A stretch of 57,066 bases of DNA, counting the filler, from Stramenopiles sp. TOSAG23-3 (taxonomy: Eukaryota), in assembly GCA_900128585.1 (NCBI GenBank). It is 3 parts of 3 records of this genome, joined end to end, with 100 filler letters (N's around TTAATTAATTAA, not from the genome) between each part and the next. Parts side by side here need not be neighbours in the genome. Positions count along the whole stretch, not along the records: positions 19,066 to 38,030 come from LT642414.1; positions 38,131 to 57,066 come from LT642415.1; 1 more part is not named here. The stretch is one strand, 5' to 3'. Position numbers and translations under genes: made by a program. Positions 31,301 through 40,542 of the stretch are shown in pieces. Under the pieces are notes generated by a model. It saw nothing but the letters and a program-made list of their open reading frames with translations, did no database searches and had not been told where the DNA came from. The first letter of the stretch is position 1; each line of letters starts with the position of its first letter.

Positions 31301-34300
31301 AGATACCACAAAATACACATTTCTTTTAGAAGCTATTTCGTCCAAGAGTTTTCATGTGTTATTTTTGGGAGAAACAGGCATCGGGAAGTCTATAATAATC
31401 CAAAATTTCCTAGATGCGTCGGTAAAATCTGGTAGCCTTGCAACATGCACAGTGAATTATAGTGCCCAAACGACCCCCGCAAATGTACGTGAGGTTTTTG
31501 AAACTAGATTGGAAAAGAAGCGAAAGAATTTGCTTGGGCCCCCGGCAGGAAAAAAAATGGTAGTGTTTGTAGATGACTTAAATATGCCGACCTTAGAAGA
31601 ATATGGAGCACAGCCCCCGAACGAGCTGCTTCGGCAAGTTATTGATGATAAAGGATACTACGATGTAGAGAAAGTTGGACTGTTCAAGTTTGTTGCGGAC
31701 ACGAGCTTTGCAGCAGCTTGCGCTCCCCCAGGGGGAGGTCGAAGTGATGTCACACAGCGCCTAGTGCGTCATTTTCATACTATATGGTTGAGTAATTTGT
31801 CAGGAAAATCTATGAAAAGGATTTTTTCAGCAATACTCACCGGTTTTATATGCTCAGAGATGCCTAGCCTCATTGATGCATCGGAAAAGATTGTTGACGC
31901 TTCTGTCGAAGTATACCAAGATATTCAAAAAGGGCTTCTTCCCACTCCCTCTAAATCGCACTACACGTACAATTTGCGAGATTTGTCTCAGGTATTCCAA
32001 GGCCTTCTGATGGCTAATTCAAAGTCTATTACGTCAGAGGAAAATATAGTAAATTTATGGCTGCACGAAGTTGCCCGAGTCTTTCGCGACCGGTTGATAA
32101 ACGAAACAGATAGAGCCTGGCTGAATGGGTGCTGCAAGGAGATGTTAAACAAATACTTTTCTATCGAATTAGAGGTAGAGTCTTTCGAAAACATTATGTT
32201 CGGCGACTACTTGGATCCTGAAAAGGAAAATTACTGTGAGCTGAAAAGCAAAGATGCGCTGCACCATGTATTGAACGAGCAGTTGGAAGAATTCAACATA
32301 ACTTTTTCAAACAGGATGAATTTAGTATTCTTCGACGACGCCATGTCTCATATTTCACGCCTTGCACGTATCCTTCGGCAACCCAGGGGAAATGCCTTAC
32401 TTGTTGGCGTAGGTGGAAGTGGCAGAAAGTCACTGACTAGACTTGCATCATTTATGGCTGGCTATCGATGCACATCTATTGAAATCACCAAAACCTACGA
32501 CCGGCAAGCGTGGTTTGATGATTTAAAAGCGGTACTGATGGAGGCCGGATGCAAAGATCAGCCCGTAGTCTTCTTGTTCTCAGACACACAAATAGTACAA
32601 GAGGCCTTCTTGGAGGATATTAATAATCTCTTGAACGCAGGAGACATTCCAAACATTTATGCTAATGAAGAAATCGAAAAGATAATAGGGGAAGTACGCA
32701 AATTGTCTGCAAAAGCAGGAAAAGGAGAGAGGCGAGATGATGTATATGCACACTACGTTTCTCTTGTTCGCCAGAATTTGCGCGTTGTTCTTGCATTTAG
32801 TCCCATCGGAGAATCTTTCCGGGATAGATGTCGTATGTTTCCATCTCTCGTTAATTGTTGTACAATCGACTGGTTCGACCCTTGGCCAGAAGATGCATTG
32901 TTTTCTGTTGCAGACAGATTTTTGGGAGGCAACCAGGCTCAAGAACTGGAAATTGAATCTTTTGTGGAAAAGCTCTGCACTGTTGCTGTAAGAATTCATC
33001 GTTCTGTAGAGGTATCGACAGCTAAATATTTAAAAGAGGTTGGTAGGCACAATTACACAACTCCAACAAGCTACTTGGAGCTCTTGCAACTCTTTCAAGG
33101 ACTGCTCAAAGAAAAGCGAGTAGTTGCCCAAGATAATCTGTCTCGGTACGAAAATGGTCTGAAGAAACTGAAAGAGACGGAAGACTTAGTAGAGGGGTTA
33201 AAAGTGGAACTAGCAGAAATGCAACCTGTATTAAAGCAGGCCAAAGCTGACACAGAAGAACTAATGGTGAAGCTAACCAAAGACCAGGCCGAAGCCGACG
33301 AAGCCCGTGGACTGGCAGAGAAAGACCAAGCGGCGGCAGAAGTTGTTGCAAAAGAAGTCGAGACCATAAAAACAGACTGCGAAGCTGATCTTGCAGAAGC
33401 TATGCCAGCATATTACTCCGCAGTTGAATCTTTAAATGCTTTAGACAAAAAGAGTATTCAAGAAATCAAATCTTTTGCAAATCCTCCCGAGATGGTGGAA
33501 TTTACATTAAACGCAGTGTGTATCATGATGGGATCGAAGCCTAACTGGAAAGAAGCGAAGAAGTTGATGAACGATATGAATTTTCTGGATAACCTGAAAA
33601 CATACGACAAAGATAACATCCCAAAATCGAAAATAAAGAAACTAAGGCCATTCATGAAGAACAAAAATTTTACTCCTGAAAAAGTCGAGAAGGTATCAAA
33701 AGCTGCAAAATCTTTGTGTATGTGGGTGCGAGCCATGCATACGTATGACCGCGTAGCAAAGACAATTGCCCCGAAAAAGAAAAAACTCGCAGGGGCTGAA
33801 GCTCAATTAGCCGTTGTTAACGCACAATTGGAAGAAAAGCAAGCCCAACTGCGGAGCATTGAGCAAAAACTGGCTGAGTTGGAGGAAATGTTCGACGCCA
33901 GCGTCCAGAAAAAGCAAAATTTGGAGGAGAAAACACGCCTAACTTTGCTTCAAATGGAACGGGCAGGTAAGTTGATGAGCGGTCTGGCTGGAGAAAAGCT
34001 TCGATGGCTGGATACCGTCAAATCTTTAAACTCTGACATTACAAATCTAGTCGGTAATATTGCAGTCGCTGCAGGAGCGGTAGCATATCTCGGCCCATTT
34101 ACAGCGCCCTTTAGGAACGAGATGATATCTGAATGGGTAGAGACAACCAAAAGCCTCAATGTTCCGGTTGATAAAAAGTTCGACTTGCAAAGAATTTTGG
34201 CAGATCCTGTCGAAGTTCGAGAGTGGACAATCCAAAGTTTACCCGCTGATGATTTTTCAATAGAAAATGGGGTGTTTTCCACCAGAGGAAGACGATGGCC

Positions 34301-37300
34301 TTTGATGATTGACCCTCAGGGACAAGCCAATCGCTGGATAAAGAATTTGTTTAAGGAACAAAACTTACAGATAATAAAGCTGTCAGATGCAAACTTTTTG
34401 CGAACTCTCGAAAATGCGATTCGATACGGAGCTCCTGTCTTATTAGAGAATGTGCAAGAAACGTTGGACCCAGCTTTGGAACCAATTTTGCTGAAGCAAA
34501 TTTTTAAACGTGGGGGACAAATGTTGCTTAGCTTAGGTGACTCTGAGGTTCCGTACTCTGATGATTTTAAGTTTTTCATCACGACAAAGCTCCCTAATCC
34601 CCACTACTTGCCCGAGATCTGCATAAAGGTGACGATTGTCAATTTCACTGTAACTTTGAAAGGGTTAGAGGACCAGTTGCTGGTAGACGTCGTAGTCCAC
34701 GAACGCCCAGATCTCGAACAAAAGAAGGACCAGTTGGTGCTTTCTATTGCTTCCGATAAAAAAGAGCTGAAAGACATCGAAGACAAAATTTTGTACATGC
34801 TCGCTAATGCTTCTGGCAATATTTTGGACGATGAAGATCTAATTCACAGCTTAGACGCGAGTAAAGAGACATCTTCCGTCATTGAGGAACGTATGGCAGA
34901 AGCAGAAGTAACAACGGAAGAAATTTTTCGGGCCAGAGAGGGTTATCGAGTCGTAGCTACTCGTGCGTCAATCCTATACTTTGTGATTGCTTCCCTTGCT
35001 GACGTTGACCCTATGTACCAATATTCTCTTCAGTATTATCAGGCGCTATACAACATGCGATTACAAAAAAGCGAGGAATCAGACGATTTAGAAACTCGTC
35101 TAGCAATATTGCAAGAAGATTTAACAAAATCAGTGTTTGTTAATATATGCCGTGGTCTTTTTGAGCGACATAAGCTTCTTTTTGCTTTCAGGATCGCTGT
35201 GGATATTTTAAAACACCGAGGGGAGATTAGTGCAGCAGAGTGGCAGGCTGTTCTTGTTGGCCCGCCCGCAATAGAACCGGAAAAGGAATTGCCAGCATCG
35301 TCTCCTTTGCATGGGTGCTCGTTGCCAAGTAAGGTTTGGGTAGATTTATCCGCTCTGGAGGAAGGATTTTCTGCGTTTGGTGGCGTTCTTGACTCGATAA
35401 ACGAAACACATGCCCAAGCTTGGACAGAATTTATTAATAGCCCCTCTATTGGAACAGATGACCCTCCTTCTCCGTGGAAGGACAAGCTTTCGAATTTGCA
35501 AAAGCTTTTGCTCTTGCGCATAATTCGATCTGATCAGCTAGTGTTTGGAATAAAGAAGTTTATAGGAAGAACCCTCGGTACAGTTTTTCAGTCTCCTCCT
35601 GGATTTGATTTGGCTAGTTGCTTTGCAGACTCAACAAGCTCCATTCCTTTAATTTTCGTTCTTTCAAGTGGTGCCGATCCAATGGACTATTTATTGCAAT
35701 TGGCTACTGAGAACGACAAAAAGAGTACAATGCGTATTGTTTCTCTGGGGCAAGGGCAAGGTCCAATTGCTGAGGGGCACATGGGCGCGGCAGCACTGAG
35801 CGGAGAATGGGTCTGTCTTCAAAACTGCCATTTGGCAGTTTCATGGTTGGGAAAATTAGAGAAACTCTTGGAAGAGAGCGCAGAGAAATCTCTGCACGAG
35901 GAATACAGGCTCTGGCTAACCAGTATGCCAACAAAAGCTTTCCCCGTCTCTATTCTTCAAATGGGTATTAAAATAACAAACGAACCTCCCCAGGGCTTAA
36001 AAGCAAATATCACACGCACGTTCTTGGATATGTCTGAAGACGAGTATAATTCTTGCACAAAAACTTCCAGCTGGAGAAAACTTTTGTACGGCTTGGCGTT
36101 TTACAACGCTGCAATTCTGGAAAGAAGAAAGTTTGGTGCAATTGGTTGGAACATACCTTATGGTTGGATGAATTCCGACTTAAAAACAGCCGTTATGCAG
36201 TTACGTTTATATTTGGAAGAACAGGAGTCGACGCCGTTTGATACGTTGAATGTAATGGTAGGCGACGTGACGTATGGAGGAAGAATTACAGACAAACAGG
36301 ACAAAGTGACGAATAAATGCATCTTGAAAAATTACTTTTTGCCAGAAGCATTGGTAGAGGGTTATAGTATGTCGGAGTCCAACGCCTATATCATGCCATC
36401 GGGCGATGCTACACTTTCTGATATCCGAAAGCTTATAACTACGCTACCGGACGTGGAACAACCGGAAGTATTCGGTATGCATGCAAATGCGAGTATAACC
36501 TACCAACAAAAATTGACCAATACGTTTCTCAACACAGCTATATCCATGGAGGCTGGTGGAGGCGGCGGAGGCGATGAAAATGAGGCAAAAGATAATGAAA
36601 GACGGGTCATGGAATCTAGCAAAGCAATGCTGGACCGACTCCCTGAAAATCCTTTTAATTTTAAAGCAGCCCACCCAAAAACGTTTGAAACGTCTGCTGG
36701 CGGGGGCATAAATTCCCTAGGCGTATTTTGTAGACAAGAGTGCGAACAATTTCAAAAACTCATTAAAGTAATACGGCGAAGTTTATTTGATCTTCAACGT
36801 GCCTTGCAAGGGTTCATTGTCATGGGCCCGGCTTTAGAGCAGGTCTACAAATCTTTTATATACCAACGTGTACCGGCACTGTGGGAAAATGCAGGGTATC
36901 CATGCCTAAAGCCATTACGAAGTTGGACAGAGGACTTTTTTTGTAGAGTAACGTTTCTTAGCAGCTGGGTTTCAGAGGGTCCTCGGCTATCATACTGGTT
37001 GTCTGGACTGTTTTTCCCGCAGGGATTTTTAACCAGCGTGCTGCAAGCATACGCACGCGAACGTTCAGTGGCAATTGACTTGCTCGGCTTCGATAGCCAA
37101 GTGATGCCGCTGTTTGAAGAAGATGTGAAAGAGGTTCCGGAGTATGGTTCCTACATTCATGGGCTATTCATGCAAGGGGCACAGTTTGACACGGTCGGGT
37201 CCGCAATTGTTGAGGCTGACCCCGGAATGCTTTTCAGTCGATTTCCAGTAATATGGTTGAAGCCTACATTAAAAGAGGACGGCGAAGAGGATGAACGCTA

Positions 37301-37457
37301 CGCCTGCCCTCTGTACAAGACTTCCATTCGAGCAGGTACGCTGTCGACGACAGGCCACTCGACAAACTTTGTCGTAGCATTAAAAATACCAACTGCTCAA
37401 CCCGCTGAACATTGGATTCGACGTGGGGTAGCGATGTTATGCATGCTAGACGATTAG
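25344..37457 (+). CDS. DNAH6: Axonemal inner-arm dynein heavy chain, DNAH6-like
   Basis: About 4037 aa from the ATG at 25344. P-loops [68 protein letters not shown]; C-terminus [13 protein letters not shown]...[11 protein letters not shown]. The tail and AAA1 sequences resemble the DNAH6 clade. Confidence 0.93.
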   Translation: [4037 protein letters not shown]

Positions 37458-37575
37458 TTTCTTGGAAAAAATATCATACGATTTTTTTAGTAAATTAAAG
37501 TTAAAACTCAAGTAAAAGCTTATAATAACAACTTTATTAATAAAAAGTTTTTCTTTTAATTTTTTAATAATTTCA

Positions 37576-37935
37576 GAATAAAAAATTGGCTGTCATTCAA
37601 GGAATTAAAATTAATGTAACCTGCGAACTGATCTCTACTGGTGTGATTTTAGTAATCAATACGTCACTTAATAATTTTAAAGTAAATATGACATCGGATG
37701 AGGAAGTTGACTACTGGTCTTTTGACATCGACGCAATTCCATATACCGATTCGGATCATGCATGGAGTACGTACACATGAGAATGATAATCAAAACTAAG
37801 TGACAAGGGTATTATTGATCAATAAAATCTCATGAGCAGAGATAATAGACTAACATCGCAGTACGAAGAAGTACAATTTTGATTACTTGTACCGTACTAC
37901 TTGGTACTTTAAATAACAGCCAATTTTTCGTTTTT
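37576..37935. repeat. Imperfect foldback (MITE-like) with ~100-140-bp diverged inverted arms
   Basis: Left arm aaaaattggctgtcattcaag...ctgcga...atctctactggtgtgattttagtaatcaata..gtcactta aligns collinearly with the reverse complement of the right arm aaaaattggctgttatttaaag...ctgcga...atctctgctcatgagattttattgatcaata..gtcactta. Confidence 0.75.
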
Positions 37936-37958
37936 AAAAACTATTTTTTTTATAACTT

Positions 37959-38002
37959 AAAACAAGAAAATTGGCTGTTATTTAAGTAATTAAATTTAGC
38001 TT
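37959..38002 (+). repeat. Dispersed ~40-bp repeat copy near scaffold end
   Basis: aaaacaagaaaattggctgttatttaagtaattaaatttagctt; inverted relative to the copy at 37905-37935. Confidence 0.85.
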
Positions 38003-38030
38003 CGTCGTACCCTAATCCTAACTTGATTCT

Positions 38031-38130
38031 NNNNNNNNNNNNNNNNNNNNNNNNNNNNNNNNNNNNNNNNNNNNTTAATTAATTAANNNNNNNNNNNNNN
38101 NNNNNNNNNNNNNNNNNNNNNNNNNNNNNN
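38031..38130. other. Artificial scaffold-joining linker N44-TTAATTAATTAA-N44
   Basis: Same 100-nt design as 18966-19065. Confidence 0.97.
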
Positions 38131-38868
38131 TATTGGCGATCTTCGTTGCTGTTGTATAATTTCTAGATCTTCTATGGAGAAAGGGATAATTATTCGTGGA
38201 GGTGTGCGAATGACATCGTTCTGTGGCACACTGACAACTGCACTCTGATTCTGTCGCATTACTCCAAAAAATTCCAACCCGGCGCAAACAAGAAAATGGC
38301 TGTAAGTGGGAAAGGTCGGCCCGGTTATAATTACGCGAACGTAGCGAAAAAATGATTTTTCCCTTGCCAAGGTCACATGGTCATTGCCCGTTTTACTTTT
38401 CTCTGGAGCGTCCAAGCTCCACCGAGCGACATGGGGCCATGCAATCAGGGAAGGGTCGTGCGCGTGAGAACTTATGGTCGTCCAAAAGTTTCCGTCCAAA
38501 GAACCCTCTAGTCGAAAGTTCATCGGGATATGATCGCTATTTTCCAGAAACGGGTAAGCAAATGTCCATTCGTGGACCTCAACTTCATGCCTGAGAAACT
38601 CCACGCTTATCCATTCCCCCGCACCTTCTTCCGTTTCGGTGTATGGAGCCTTACTTACGGGGTATTCAACGAGTTTTGTTAACGAATTTTCCAACATTGA
38701 ACTCGCACTAACCCGCACAAGCCCCGCTTCCAAAGGATTCAAATATGGTTTCGTGCCATTGCCTGTGCCTAAAGCAAAGAGCATGCCTTTCCCCGTGGAA
38801 GGATGGGCGCCCTCTTTCAGAGAAACCTCCCACGCGTCGCCCAGTTGCTTTGCATTACATGGATACAT
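38131..38868 (-). CDS. Discoidin/F5-8-type-C-like (galactose-binding fold) protein, 3'-truncated
   Basis: GMLFALGT..YLNP..GLVRVSASS, WISVEF, NFRLEGSLDGNFWTTISSH, FRYVRVIITGP..HFLVCAGLEFFG, as in the HECTD1/BTB-associated discoidin-like domain; the frame runs into the linker. Confidence 0.75.
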
Positions 38869-39174
38869 ATTGGTTTTTTAAAGAAAAGCCCGCGTGTTTG
38901 TGGATGCGAAATGGGCACTTTCTTCTTGTAAGAAAACTTTTCCAAATTTTTTATCTACACCGATCAAATGCAAAACGTTGATCATTTAATTTTCTTTCAA
39001 GAAATCTTTCTTAATCTATATATATTTTATATCATATCTATATATAATAATATAAATATATTATGGTTCAGGTACCAGGTACGGTACCTGGTAGGACATC
39101 ATTTTTTTTTGTTTTTTTATAAATAAAATAATCCTATCTATTAATGTTAATATTAGGGTATTGTTTTATTATTT

Positions 39175-40542
39175 TTATTCTTCCTCCACCTCCTCCTCCG
39201 TTGAAGGGCAAACTTTTAGTGGTAAGACCCATTCCAATTTTTCATATTTTTCGCTCGTTTCCGAATGGTCCGAAGATGCGTCCACGACGCGTTTCAACGA
39301 TAGTTCAAAAATTACTTGCCACTGTACAGAAATCACGTCGGTCTTAAATGTCATTGCAAACGCTGGCACTTGAAAATTAAGCGATATGTTCAATTTGTCC
39401 CTGGTGGTGTCGTGGAACGCCTCCGCGGTCTCCGTGGATGAAATGGGGGCCCTCTCGCTGGATGTACCCATGTCAGCGCGTATGACTTCTGTCTCTGTCC
39501 ACTGCAACCCAGCGCATAAATGATGGCATATGTACTTTTCCCTGTCAAAAGTGAAATCAAAATGAAGGAACCGAAGAGGGAACAATCTCTTGTTCGCATT
39601 TGATACAACAGTCGCGACCGGGACGCCCTTGTTGGAAATACTGAATGTGCCCGCATTTTTCAGCTCGGTGCGGTAGTTAAACAAAAGGAGGGGGCGGCGA
39701 GTTGCAGGCGGTGCCATCCGGCCCTGGTTCGCAAAGTCACGGGGCTGGACTGCGGGGTCCTGCACCTGGTAAGCAGGATGTTGTTTTTTAACCAAAAGGC
39801 CTAGGTCAATCTCTATATGGTGGTCGGTGCCGAACCCATTTTCTGCGCCCCCGCCCTCGTTCGTGCTGCCGCCTTCCCCAGACCCTTTCCGCCGTCCCTG
39901 CCCCTTCTCGAATTGACTAACAGCATCTCTGCGAAGGAGGGAACTGGCAAGCGTTACGAGGTTGCGGGACCATTCTATTTCTACGGGGACGTGGTAAGTT
40001 TGTACTTCCTCGGGATGCGTCGTCGGCCGCGTACAGACAGTTATGGACAAGCAGTACCAGTACCGTATTAATTTTCCAGGGAACGTGGGCACCACAAACT
40101 TTGGCACCTGTATCGTGTACTCAACGTCTATTTTCTCCGACGGGCCTGACAAATACTTTAAATTCGTGACCACCGGTTTACTATACATAATGCACGATCC
40201 ATGGTCGCCGTCAAACGTCACAAACTGCGGTAAAGTCTCTGGAAAATCTTCAACCGCTCCACAACTGGAGACGCACTTTCGTTCAAGCACTTCATAAGTT
40301 TTCGGCAGTGGAATGACCTTTCCCGTCCTTTTGTTGTTCGCCAAGTGTCCATGAAATTGAAAACCTATCCAAAAACTCTTGTCGATTGACCTCCTCTGGC
40401 CTTCGTTTTTACTGGGGTTCGTAAGCTGCTGGGGACGATTGACGATTCGACAAACTAACGGCGCCCCTGGGTGGTAGCTCGAACAGTCCAGCGCTGCCGT
40501 AAGCTCTTGACCAAAGCCTAGTTCGTCAAGAATCCTTCGCAT
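39175..40542 (-). CDS. RGP1: Rgp1-like subunit of the Ric1-Rgp1 Rab6 GEF
   Basis: IGFQFHGH, PTFPGKLIRYWYCLSI and TFKTDVISVQWQVIFEL...LEWVLPLKVCP match Rgp1 family motifs; first ATG at 40542. Confidence 0.75.
   Translation of the reverse strand: MRRILDELGFGQELTAALDCSSYHPGAPLVCRIVNRPQQLTNPSKNEGQRRSIDKSFWIGFQFHGHLANNKRTGKVIPLPKTYEVLERKCVSSCGAVEDFPETLPQFVTFDGDHGSCIMYSKPVVTNLKYLSGPSEKIDVEYTIQVPKFVVPTFPGKLIRYWYCLSITVCTRPTTHPEEVQTYHVPVEIEWSRNLVTLASSLLRRDAVSQFEKGQGRRKGSGEGGSTNEGGGAENGFGTDHHIEIDLGLLVKKQHPAYQVQDPAVQPRDFANQGRMAPPATRRPLLLFNYRTELKNAGTFSISNKGVPVATVVSNANKRLFPLRFLHFDFTFDREKYICHHLCAGLQWTETEVIRADMGTSSERAPISSTETAEAFHDTTRDKLNISLNFQVPAFAMTFKTDVISVQWQVIFELSLKRVVDASSDHSETSEKYEKLEWVLPLKVCPSTEEEVEEE

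Noticed and set aside
9923-37457. Apparent ciliary gene cluster (TPR, IQ, MORN, FN3, dynein)
   Set aside because: It spans an artificial join, and such genes are abundant in flagellate genomes.
37686-37790. Box C/D snoRNA in the foldback loop
   Set aside because: No clean RUGAUGA and CUGA pair with a terminal stem.
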